Assembly (NCBI GenBank): GCA_964456955.1
Contig: CAYWDC010000001.1
Location: 1-38,582, forward strand
Direction of reading: 5' to 3'
DNA: 38,582 bases
DNA from: an uncultured Gammaproteobacteria bacterium
GTDB lineage: Bacteria; Pseudomonadota; Gammaproteobacteria; JABDGN01
In this document: positions 8,121 through 16,759 of the stretch, in pieces
Layout: every line of letters starts with the position of its first letter
How positions within the stretch are numbered: position 1 is the first letter of the stretch
Notes under the pieces: model-generated
Databases searched by the model: none
Told to the model about the DNA's origin: nothing
The model's input: only the letters and a program-made list of their open reading frames with translations
Translations under genes and position numbers: made by a program

Positions 8121-8470
8121 ATGACAGAATCGCAGCCGTTGCACCTGTTCACTGAGAAGGCGTATCTTAACTATTCCATGTATGTGTGATCCTCGATCGC
8201 GCCTTACCTCACGTTGGTGATGGCTTAAAACCGGTCCAGCGTCGCACTATCTATGCCATGTCGGAATTAGGTTTAAATGCGTCGGCAAAATATAAAAAAT
8301 CGGCACGCACCATCGGTGATGTGTTGGGTAAATTTCATCCGCATGGTGATAGTGCTTGTTATGAAGCCATGGTACTGATGGCACAAGATTTTTCCTATCG
8401 TTATCCTTTAATCGATGGACAAGGCAATTGGGGTTCACCCGATGACTCAAAATCATTGTCAACGGAATAG
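8121..8470 (+). pseudogene. parC: parC (topoisomerase IV subunit A) 5' fragment with a +2 frameshift, truncated
   Basis: ATG 8121 gives [22 protein letters not shown] then TGA. The frame starting at 8186 continues [89 protein letters not shown]. This is nearly identical to the E. coli ParC N-terminus, including the QRDR. An extra TG in GTGTG (8184-8188) breaks the frame. The fragment ends ...KSLSTE-stop, where ParC and GyrA carry KSxAAMRYTE with the catalytic Tyr. Confidence 0.85.
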
Positions 8471-8487
8471 ATAGGCAGTGGTAGTAG

Positions 8488-8516
8488 TTGACATTAGATG
8501 CCAGTAATCCTATTTT
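8488..8516 (+). promoter_or_regulatory. Candidate sigma70 promoter for ppc (TTGACA, 17 nt, TATTTT)
   Basis: TTGACA lies at 8488-8493, followed by a 17-nt spacer and TATTTT at 8511-8516, about 70 nt upstream of the ppc ATG. This is a sequence match only. Confidence 0.3.
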
Positions 8517-8586
8517 ACTATATTAACTGTTTTAGGGATTAACTAAATATTATAGTGGCAATTGAATAGAAAGGGAAAACCTTATC

Positions 8587-11205
8587 ATGGCAGCAATAAA
8601 ACGCACAATAAGCGATGACATCCATATCTTAGGCGATTTATTAGGACAGATACTGAGGCTGTATGAGGGAGAATCGACTTATGCCTTAGTAGAAAAAATT
8701 CGTATTTTATCAAAATCTTCGCGAGAATCTGAGAAAGATTTACAGACGTTGCATCGTCTCATTCATGATGTGCCAGACGACCTGACACCCCAGTTAGCAA
8801 GGGCGTTTGGCCAGTTTCTACATTTAGCTAATATTACTGAATCTTATGATAATCAACGGCAGTTACGCCAACAACCAGAACCTCTGATGGCTATGTTGCC
8901 TAAGCTGTTAAAAAAGAAACTCTCTGCTAAAAAGATTGCTAACGCCTTACGTGAGCAACAAATCGAATTAGTATTGACTGCACATCCTACAGAGGTCAAA
9001 CGTCGTACTTTGATTCAAAAGTATAGTTATATTGCTGGTTTATTAGAGCAACGTGATCGTATAGAAATGACGAAAGATGAGATTGCACATTGGCAAGATA
9101 AACTGAAAACAACAGTGAATGCTATTTGGTTAACCGATGAAATTCGTCGCGTTCGTCCCACCCCAGTTGAAGAAGCTAAGTGGGGATTTGCCATCATCGA
9201 GGATACGCTTTGGCATGCTATACCACAATATTTTCGGCAACTTGATGCTGCTATGCAAAAGTACTTAGGAGAAAATTTGCCGTTAGATTGCACCCCTATT
9301 CGAATAGGGTCTTGGATGGGTGGTGATCGTGATGGTAACCCTCACGTTACGGCGGCAGTGACTCAGGAAGTATTGCTACTCGCGCAATGGGTGGCTATGG
9401 ACCTTTATACACGAGAGGTTAATCACATGATACAGCATTTGTCGTTGCATGCATGTAACGAATCATTGCGCCAAAGTGTGGGAGAAACCTCTCAACCTTA
9501 TCGAGCGTGTCTGCGTATTTTACGCGATCGTTTAAAAGCAACAGGTGCTTGGTTACAATCCCAATTGGCTGGCCATACAATTGAGCCTAAGATGTCGTTG
9601 ATATTATGTCGTGAAGATTTATTGCAGCCTTTGATGCTTTGCTATCAGTCATTGTTAGATTGTAATGCAAGTGCTATTGCCAATGCTGACCTGTTAGATT
9701 TAATTCGTCGCGTACATGTATTTGGTATCTCGTTGATGCGTTTAGATATCCGCCAAGCAGCTGATTATCATACGGAAGCTATCGCTACCATTACAAATTA
9801 TTTTGGCTTAGGTAACTATGCAAACTGGTCAGAACAAGAGAGATGTTTATTTCTGCAACAAGAACTAGGCAACAAGCGATCTTTACCGTTAGCTGAGTTA
9901 ACCGTTAGTGAAAACGTTCAGGAGGTATTTGACACTTGCCTATGTATTGCAGCACAAAATCCTGACATCATGGGTGCTTATGTAATTTCTATGGCCAGTG
10001 CAGCGTCGGATGTTTTAGCCGTACATTTGCTGCAAAAAGTGGCGGGTGTGAAACAGCCAATGCGTGTGGTTCCGCTCTTTGAGACACTTGATGATCTAAA
10101 TCATGCTGCCGGTGTGATGCAAGCGTTATATAATATGCCGATTTATAAGAACATGCTAAATGGCCAACAGGAAGTTATGATTGGCTATTCAGACTCAGGT
10201 AAAGATGCCGGCAAGTTAGCCGCTAGTTGGGCACAATATGAAGCACAAGAACAGCTACTTCATGTATCGCAACAAGCAGACATACAATTGACTATATTTC
10301 ATGGTCGTGGTGGTTCAGTTGGTAGAGGTGGCGGGCCAGTGCATGCTACCTTACTGTCTCAACCGCCAGGTTCTGTACAAGGTCGCATGCGCGTAACCGA
10401 ACAGGGTGAGGTGATCCAACAGAAATATGGGTTGCTTACTTGGGCACAGCACAATCTCATGTTGTATAGTGTTGCGATGTTAGAGGCAACACTCATACCA
10501 CCGCCAGAGCCTAAACCAGAATGGCGTGAAATAATGGCTCAAATATCAGAAATTTCATTACATGTGTATCGAAAAATAGTGAGGGAGAATCAAGATTTTG
10601 TCACGTACTTTCGACAGGTAACGCCAGAACAGGAATTAGGTCGATTGTTAATTGGTAGTCGACCCAATAGACGTAAAGCAAAGGGTGGTATTGAAAACTT
10701 GCGTGCCATTCCTTGGGTATTTGCCTGGACACAAACACGCTTGATGTTACCAACCTGGTTGGGTATCGGCGAAGCATTAGACGCGTTATGGTCTAAGCAA
10801 AAAGATATGTTGTGCGATATGCTCAATGACTGGCCATTTTTCTCTGTGTTAATAGATATGCTTGACATGACGCTAACTAAGACTGACATTGATATTGCTG
10901 CTTATTACGATGCTTGTTTAGCAAGCCCGGAGACCAAAACATTTGGTGCCGATCTGCGTCGCCGGTTAAAACAGACCGAGGAGATAGTACGAGTCATTGC
11001 TGCCAATCAGACTTTTCAGGAACCGCAGCAGAACTTATATAAGTCTCTTAAGGTGCGTAACACTTATGCGGATCCGTTGAATTTCTTACAGGCGGAAGTT
11101 ATGAGGCGATTACGTCAAGGAAGGGTACATAATAAGGCAGCTTTGGAGGACGCATTGGTTTTGTGTGTCGCTGGGATTGCGGCAGCAATGAAGAATACGG
11201 GTTGA
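8587..11205 (+). CDS. ppc: Phosphoenolpyruvate carboxylase
   Basis: 872 aa and intact. Motifs are VLTAHPTEVKRRT, GYSDSGKDAG, FHGRGGSVGRGGGP and the C-terminal ...AAMKNTG, the canonical Ppc terminus. Confidence 0.95.
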   Translation: MAAIKRTISDDIHILGDLLGQILRLYEGESTYALVEKIRILSKSSRESEKDLQTLHRLIHDVPDDLTPQLARAFGQFLHLANITESYDNQRQLRQQPEPLMAMLPKLLKKKLSAKKIANALREQQIELVLTAHPTEVKRRTLIQKYSYIAGLLEQRDRIEMTKDEIAHWQDKLKTTVNAIWLTDEIRRVRPTPVEEAKWGFAIIEDTLWHAIPQYFRQLDAAMQKYLGENLPLDCTPIRIGSWMGGDRDGNPHVTAAVTQEVLLLAQWVAMDLYTREVNHMIQHLSLHACNESLRQSVGETSQPYRACLRILRDRLKATGAWLQSQLAGHTIEPKMSLILCREDLLQPLMLCYQSLLDCNASAIANADLLDLIRRVHVFGISLMRLDIRQAADYHTEAIATITNYFGLGNYANWSEQERCLFLQQELGNKRSLPLAELTVSENVQEVFDTCLCIAAQNPDIMGAYVISMASAASDVLAVHLLQKVAGVKQPMRVVPLFETLDDLNHAAGVMQALYNMPIYKNMLNGQQEVMIGYSDSGKDAGKLAASWAQYEAQEQLLHVSQQADIQLTIFHGRGGSVGRGGGPVHATLLSQPPGSVQGRMRVTEQGEVIQQKYGLLTWAQHNLMLYSVAMLEATLIPPPEPKPEWREIMAQISEISLHVYRKIVRENQDFVTYFRQVTPEQELGRLLIGSRPNRRKAKGGIENLRAIPWVFAWTQTRLMLPTWLGIGEALDALWSKQKDMLCDMLNDWPFFSVLIDMLDMTLTKTDIDIAAYYDACLASPETKTFGADLRRRLKQTEEIVRVIAANQTFQEPQQNLYKSLKVRNTYADPLNFLQAEVMRRLRQGRVHNKAALEDALVLCVAGIAAAMKNTG

Positions 11206-11349
11206 GGGCGGTAGTTGAGAAGGGAATATAATATTGTGTCCATATACCTCGATTTAAACTCATAGTTTCCAGTTTCGCTAAATAACATGCGATTTTATAG
11301 AGAATTGCTTCTGGTTAATAATATAAGCAAAAATACACCATAATAATGA

Positions 11350-11862
11350 GTCCGCAGTAATCTTAAATGGGGGCTGTCGATTATTGTTTACTCTAAAATC
11401 AGTTTTGCAAGGCACCCTGTATTGACCTCCATTACCCATTTAACTCAGAAAGTAAAAAGCATGACTTTACAAAATTTCAGGTTAACTCGTTTGGATAGCT
11501 AAATAAACCGACAAAGCCTAAATGTGATGAATCTAAATCTAGTGAATAATTACTCTAATCGTGTGGTGGTCACCAACACGGGATATTTGTTGCTGTTCGC
11601 AGTCAATGAACTGCCGCAATTGGCCAAGGGTAAAGGGAATAAGATGATCAATATTCCGATGGCAAAATACAAGGACAAAGAAGAATACATTGTCGATGTT
11701 GCGGTGTTGCACAGTAAGCAAGCATGAGTATTTTATTCTTGGAAACGGCAAATCACCTTAAAAGCAAAAGATCTGGCTCGTTATCTTGGGAAGCGTGGAC
11801 AACGTGGCAGCAAATTACCGCGCGGTTACCAGCGCGTAAGCCGCATAGCGGTCGTTGTGTAA
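11350..11862 (+). pseudogene. parC: parC 3' relic in a single frame with two in-frame stops
   Basis: The frame of ORF 11524..11727 reads NRVVVTNTGYLLLFAVNELPQLAKGKGNKMINIP. E. coli ParC has ITQAGRMLMFPVSDLPQLSKGKGNKIINIP. After TGA at 11725-11727 the same frame continues ITLKAKDLARYLGKRGQRGSKLPRGYQRVSRIAVVV-stop at 11860-11862, matching the ParC tail KLRPEELQKVTGERGRRGTLMRGLQRIDRVEI. Upstream, the same frame carries TAA at 11500-11502 and weaker ParC-like sequence back to the triple stop at 11341-11349. Confidence 0.8.
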
Positions 11863-11996
11863 AAAATGCCATAGTTGGGTTAATAAATCAGCATATGGCC
11901 ATTCAATGGGTTACTGTGAACGCTCATTATACTAAAGGCGATGGAAAAAAGTGATTATATTGCGTTTAAACAGACCATGTGTTAAATTGCACTGCT

Positions 11997-12019
11997 ACCT
12001 TGCAATGACAAGGTTTTTT
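11997..12019 (+). terminator. Rho-independent terminator-like hairpin (ACCTTG-caatga-CAAGGT plus T6)
   Basis: A 6-bp perfect stem and 6-nt loop run directly into TTTTTT. It lies 135 nt after the parC relic stop and only about 25 nt before the ilvE ATG. Confidence 0.4.
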
Positions 12020-12044
12020 ATTTTCATCTAGAGGATGACGGGTG

Positions 12045-12965
12045 ATGCAGCCGACAGCACATATTTGGCAAAATGGACAGTTTGTTCCTTGGCAAGAGGC
12101 CAACACACATGTGCTGAGCCATGGATTGCATTATGGTAGTGGCGTATTCGAAGGTATCCGTTGCTATGAAACCCCACAAGGTAGTGCCATCTTTAAGTTA
12201 GCTGCCCACGTGGCCCGATTAGTCTATTCAGCTAACGCCTTGGGCATGCAATTACCCTATAGTGAAGCTGAGCTGTGTCAAGCCATAACAGACACCGTGG
12301 CTAAGAACCGATTGCAGGCTGGGTACATCCGTCCGTTAGCCTATTATGGTTATGGTGCGTTGGGGGTCATGCCGAGTAAAGAGTTACCGATTGAAGTGGT
12401 TATTGCCTGCTGGCCTTGGGCAGACTACCTAGAAGCACCAGCCGTGGATATTAAGATCAGTGATTTTATTCGTATTCATCCACAATCAAGTGTTGCCGAC
12501 GCAAAAATTTGCGGTCACTATGTCAATAGCCTGTTGGCCCGCACTGCGCTTCGTGATACTCATTACCATGAAGCCTTACTGCTCGATCATGACGGTTTTG
12601 TTGCTGAAGGCAGTGCAGAGAATATCTTCATTGTCCGTGAAGGTCACCTGATCACCACGCCATTGGGCACCATTTTACCGGGTATCACCCGCGCCACGGT
12701 CATGGAGATGGCAGCAAACAGGGGATATGCGGTGAGTGAAGAGCGTTTCACACCCGCGGCGGTGCTGGCAGCCGATGAAGCCTTCTTCTGTGGTACCGCA
12801 GTAGAGATTGTGCCGATCCGCTCGCTCGACGACCAATTGATCGGCAATGGTGAGCCAGGACTCATTAGTCAGCAATTGCAACAGGCGTATCAAGCCATTG
12901 TCCATGATAAAGATGCCGATTTCATGGACGCCTTAACCAGGGTTAATTTCGTAGCAGGAGTATGA
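12045..12965 (+). CDS. ilvE: Branched-chain amino acid aminotransferase (fold type IV)
   Basis: 306 aa from ATG 12045, with GAGGA 9 nt upstream. The N-terminus IWQNGQFVPWQEANTHVLSHGLHYGSGVFEGIRCY, the later EGSAENIF and GITR are typical of IlvE. Confidence 0.9.
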   Translation: MQPTAHIWQNGQFVPWQEANTHVLSHGLHYGSGVFEGIRCYETPQGSAIFKLAAHVARLVYSANALGMQLPYSEAELCQAITDTVAKNRLQAGYIRPLAYYGYGALGVMPSKELPIEVVIACWPWADYLEAPAVDIKISDFIRIHPQSSVADAKICGHYVNSLLARTALRDTHYHEALLLDHDGFVAEGSAENIFIVREGHLITTPLGTILPGITRATVMEMAANRGYAVSEERFTPAAVLAADEAFFCGTAVEIVPIRSLDDQLIGNGEPGLISQQLQQAYQAIVHDKDADFMDALTRVNFVAGV

Positions 12966-13026
12966 ACGTATCAACAGAGTAGATTACGATTCTTGTTACT
13001 AGTAGCCTTGATAGAGATATAAGTAC

Positions 13027-14427
13027 TTATGGCCCATTGTTAGACAATTTGCTACGATTTTCTTCTAGGTAGGATAATAGTTTTGCCGTTGTAATGCTTA
13101 TTAATGCAATTAACGTAAATAATGAGCACATCAGTAAAACGTGGATAAGATTCGCCTGTGAAATTTTATAGATGGTATCATTTTTCACAATAGTGGTAGA
13201 TAATATGACACCGACTAAACTGCCTATTAAAGTACTCATATAAAATATTCCCGCCGCCATTCCTGAATGTTCTTTTTTCACTTCTTTGAGCGCTAAAATT
13301 ACTAGCGCTGATGATAGCAGACCGTAACATAGACCTGGGAAAATAAGTAACAGCATAATCTGATACGCCGATATATTGTGAGCAAAACTGAACACAAGAT
13401 ATAATATCGAAAAGCACAGGCAACTTGTAATAATAAAAGGCAGCTCTCCATATTTTTTAATTAAATGTCCACTGGTTGGGGCTATTATTCCTACGACAAT
13501 CGACATAGGAAATAGTAACAACCCTGATTTGATGAGTGAGAATCCCATATTGTTATTTAAGTACAAACTGATGATGTAAATAAAACTATAGAAACTCAAA
13601 TTAGTTAATATCCTCAATGCACAGCCTAAAAGAAAGGGCCTATTGGTTAAAATAGAGATGTCAAACAAAGGAGCTTTTGTTTTTTTCTCAGAGACGAAAA
13701 ATAGTACAAACAAAATAATCGATGCGGATAGCAGTAAAAATGCTACCAGCTTTCCGTGAGTCATTTGACTAGTAGTTAATATAGCCATGATTAATAAACA
13801 CAGTGATACGGCGAAAAGCATGAATCCAACAATATCAACCTGTTTTTCTGCTACCGTTTTTTTTATTTTAGGGCATACATAAACAGAAATAAGCATTAAT
13901 ACAGCCAAAGGGGCATCTATTAAGAAGAACCAGCGCCAACTGAAATAATTTACTAGAAAACCGGCGATTGCCGGCCCTACCGTCATGGAAATTCCCACCA
14001 TCCCAGTTAGTATGCCAAGTAAGAAGTGTTTCTTTTCCTCGGAAGCACTTTTGAGAATCACGGCCGTTGCATTTGGCAAGATCATACCGGCAGCCAATCC
14101 TTGCATTAATCGCGATATTATTAACTCACTATAAAGATAGCTGATACCAATAACAAAAGACGCAATGCCAAATGCCGCTAAACCAAGCGCAAGAAGTTTC
14201 TTGTTGCCATGAATATCGCCAATTTTCCCGGTCAATGCGATCGACACCGAGAATGTTAACAAGTAGCTTATATTGACCCATTCTATTTGTAAAAATGATA
14301 AAGCTAGTTCTTTCCCTAACGGCTGAATGATGATAGGCATGCCAGTGTAACCAATGCCGACAACTAAAATGGCGAGGAGCATTGAAAACAGCACGTAAAA
14401 ATAGGATTTTTTAATCATAATTAACAT
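13027..14427 (-). CDS. MFS drug/H+ antiporter, DHA2 (EmrB/QacA-like, 14-TM) family
   Basis: 466 aa with about 14 hydrophobic segments. The motif-A-like GKIGDIHGNKKLL after TM2 and the length fit DHA2. It is markedly AT-rich: a hand count of line 13501-13560 gives 33% GC, against 47% for a metK line. Confidence 0.7.
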   Translation of the reverse strand: MLIMIKKSYFYVLFSMLLAILVVGIGYTGMPIIIQPLGKELALSFLQIEWVNISYLLTFSVSIALTGKIGDIHGNKKLLALGLAAFGIASFVIGISYLYSELIISRLMQGLAAGMILPNATAVILKSASEEKKHFLLGILTGMVGISMTVGPAIAGFLVNYFSWRWFFLIDAPLAVLMLISVYVCPKIKKTVAEKQVDIVGFMLFAVSLCLLIMAILTTSQMTHGKLVAFLLLSASIILFVLFFVSEKKTKAPLFDISILTNRPFLLGCALRILTNLSFYSFIYIISLYLNNNMGFSLIKSGLLLFPMSIVVGIIAPTSGHLIKKYGELPFIITSCLCFSILYLVFSFAHNISAYQIMLLLIFPGLCYGLLSSALVILALKEVKKEHSGMAAGIFYMSTLIGSLVGVILSTTIVKNDTIYKISQANLIHVLLMCSLFTLIALISITTAKLLSYLEENRSKLSNNGP

Positions 14428-14573
14428 TATGGATTATAGCTGGTATTGATTCGATTGACAAAAGTCAGTGAATGAATAATTATGACTATTTTACCACTAT
14501 CTTGAACAACGGCATCCTACTAATGTAGGCAAAAAATACGGTATAATCTTGAAAAAATTGCTAGGAGTTGCCT

Positions 14574-15731
14574 TTGGTCAACTATCAACTGTTTACGTCG
14601 GAGTCAGTGTCCGAGGGGCATCCTGACAAGGTTGCCGATCAAATTTCCGACGCTATTTTAGATGCCATTATCGAGCAAGATCCGCAAGCACGCGTTGCCT
14701 GCGAAACGTTTACCAAGACGGGCATGGTGGTTGTTGGTGGTGAGTTATCGACCTCTGCCTGGGTGGACCTAGACGAGTTAGTACGTGATGTAGTCAATAA
14801 CATCGGTTACACTAGAGCAGAATATGGTTTAGATGCGATGTCTTGCGCCGTATTATCGGCGATTGGCAAGCAGAGTGATGATATTGCCCAAGGTGTCGAT
14901 GCCACGACATTACAGGGTATGGGCGCGGGTGATCAAGGCATGATGTTTGGCTATGCCAGCAACGAAACCGACGTATTGATGCCAGCACCGATCACCTATG
15001 CACATCGCTTAGTTGCACAACAGGCCAAGCTACGTCATCGGGGTGATCTTGCCTGGCTGCGTCCAGATGCAAAAAGCCAAGTCACTATCCGTTATGTTGA
15101 TGGCCAGCCAGTTGCCATCGATACGGTGGTATTATCGACACAACATGATCCCAATATTAAACAAGCGGAGCTGGTCGAAGCGGTGCGCGAAGAGATCATT
15201 AAGCCAGTGTTGCCAGAAAGATGGCTCACCACAGCAACCAAGTATTTTGTCAATCCGACCGGTCGTTTTGTTGTTGGAGGGCCACAAGGTGACTGCGGTT
15301 TGACCGGACGTAAGATTATCGTTGATACCTATGGCGGTATGGCTCGTCACGGTGGCGGTGCATTCTCTGGTAAGGATCCGTCAAAGGTCGATCGCTCAGC
15401 CGCTTATGCTGCCCGCTATGTGGCAAAAAATATTGTTGCCGCGGGACTTGCCGATCGATGTGAGATTCAATTGTCTTATGCTATCGGCATGCCAGAGCCG
15501 ACATCGATTAGCGTTGATACCTTTGCTACCGGAAAAATTACTGATGAGCAAATTGTCGAGTTGGTGCGAGAAAATTTCGATCTGCGCCCTGGTGGTATCA
15601 TTACCATGCTCGATTTATTAAAACCAATTTATCGGCCGACCGCAACCTATGGTCACTTTGGTCGTGAGCAAACGACTTTTACCTGGGAAAAAACCGATAA
15701 AGCACAAATCTTGCGTAACGCAGTAAAGTAA
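14574..15731 (+). CDS. metK: S-adenosylmethionine synthase
   Basis: [33 protein letters not shown] and the [23 protein letters not shown] motifs are present. I place the start at TTG 14574, 6 nt after AGGAG (14563-14567), which gives an N-terminus of the same length as E. coli MetK. The track ORF starts at TTG 14568. TATAAT lies at 14542-14547. Confidence 0.95.
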   Translation: MVNYQLFTSESVSEGHPDKVADQISDAILDAIIEQDPQARVACETFTKTGMVVVGGELSTSAWVDLDELVRDVVNNIGYTRAEYGLDAMSCAVLSAIGKQSDDIAQGVDATTLQGMGAGDQGMMFGYASNETDVLMPAPITYAHRLVAQQAKLRHRGDLAWLRPDAKSQVTIRYVDGQPVAIDTVVLSTQHDPNIKQAELVEAVREEIIKPVLPERWLTTATKYFVNPTGRFVVGGPQGDCGLTGRKIIVDTYGGMARHGGGAFSGKDPSKVDRSAAYAARYVAKNIVAAGLADRCEIQLSYAIGMPEPTSISVDTFATGKITDEQIVELVRENFDLRPGGIITMLDLLKPIYRPTATYGHFGREQTTFTWEKTDKAQILRNAVK

Positions 15732-15739
15732 CATAAACG

Positions 15740-15760
15740 GTACCAATGGGTTATTGGTAC
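15740..15760. terminator. Hairpin between convergent metK and the methyltransferase gene (GTACCAAT-gggtt-ATTGGTAC)
   Basis: An 8-bp perfect stem with a 5-nt loop lies 9 nt after the metK stop and 16 nt before the opposing stop. There is no clean T-tract on either side, so termination efficiency is uncertain. Confidence 0.4.
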
Positions 15761-15775
15761 ACATGTATGGTTTGT

Positions 15776-16516
15776 TTAGAAGAATTGATATAATCGTGTT
15801 TGATATCTACTATCATGTGTATCATATTGGTATATAATATCGTTTTTCTTGACTGACAGATTAAAGGGGGGCGATGTTAGTTCAACTCCACTATCAATAC
15901 AAAAGCGTGTACTAGGGCCGGTGATAATATCAATGTTGGCTATGAAGTGGTCTTTTGGTAGACATTCCGTAAAAATAAGATAGCGATATTGTTCAAGTTT
16001 TGGGATAATTTTTTGGATATCTTGGTTGGACAGATGCTGTAGTACTTGCCGTAAGCATACGACATCTCCTTTGGGCAGTGGATCTTCAATGATATTTAAC
16101 ACTCGGAAATCTACATCAGTACCCTTAAATTTTTCTTGATTTCGTTTAATAAGAGACTCAACAATGTCGCAAGCGATATATTCTTTACAGAAAGGGTAAA
16201 TTTGTAAACCAACAGCGAAATCACCACAGCCAAGATCGACTAGTTTTACTTTTTTATCGAATTTCCTCAGAAAATTTTTAACAGAATTTACATATCCGTT
16301 TACCAATATGGAGTCATGGGAACCTGGTCCAGAATAAAAATCTTTTTTAGAAGTGGGTTTTCCCCAAAAATTTTCTTTGTATATTTTTGTAAAAACTTGT
16401 TGTGTACTAAGTTTCTTAAATTTCCTAAAATTATATTTAGTTATAAGTACTCTTATAATTTCTGCAACCCAATTGGGCAAGATTCTTTTTGCAAGTTTCC
16501 TAATATCCCATTTCAT
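15776..16516 (-). CDS. Class I SAM-dependent methyltransferase, orphan, substrate unknown
   Basis: 246 aa. Motif I is VDLGCGDF, followed by an acidic residue after beta-2 (ACDIV) and then VVCLRQVLQHL (motif IV-like). It is very AT-rich: sampled lines gave 18% and 42% GC. Confidence 0.7.
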   Translation of the reverse strand: MKWDIRKLAKRILPNWVAEIIRVLITKYNFRKFKKLSTQQVFTKIYKENFWGKPTSKKDFYSGPGSHDSILVNGYVNSVKNFLRKFDKKVKLVDLGCGDFAVGLQIYPFCKEYIACDIVESLIKRNQEKFKGTDVDFRVLNIIEDPLPKGDVVCLRQVLQHLSNQDIQKIIPKLEQYRYLIFTECLPKDHFIANIDIITGPSTRFCIDSGVELTSPPFNLSVKKNDIIYQYDTHDSRYQTRLYQFF

Positions 16517-16759
16517 AAATAAAAAATTCCTCTATCATACGTTTAATGATCAGGTTTTTATTGATTATACACACCTTACATGCCCACAGCAATTGGGCTT
16601 GGCTGCGGAGCAGTCCGCAACACGGCATAGTAAGCAGCGCCGTTGTTACCCAACATGGCTTATTTAATTTTGCGATAACCGATAACTGCGGTGAGCACCG
16701 CGCCGAACATTACTAGGATGGTGTCAATCTAGGTAACCAGGACAAAGTTTGTCCCCGTA

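Noticed and set aside
11724-11954. 76-aa track ORF following the parC relic.
   Set aside because: It is out of frame with the ParC-like sequence covering the same DNA (the true similarity continues in the frame of 11524..11727 past the TGA). It has no motifs and appears to be an artefact of the pseudogene.
16600-16650. AAGCAGC within the GC-rich spacer as a fragment of the SRP (4.5S) RNA domain IV.
   Set aside because: Only 7 nt match. The surrounding GGUCCGGAAGGAAGCAGCC consensus and the symmetric-loop partner strand are absent.
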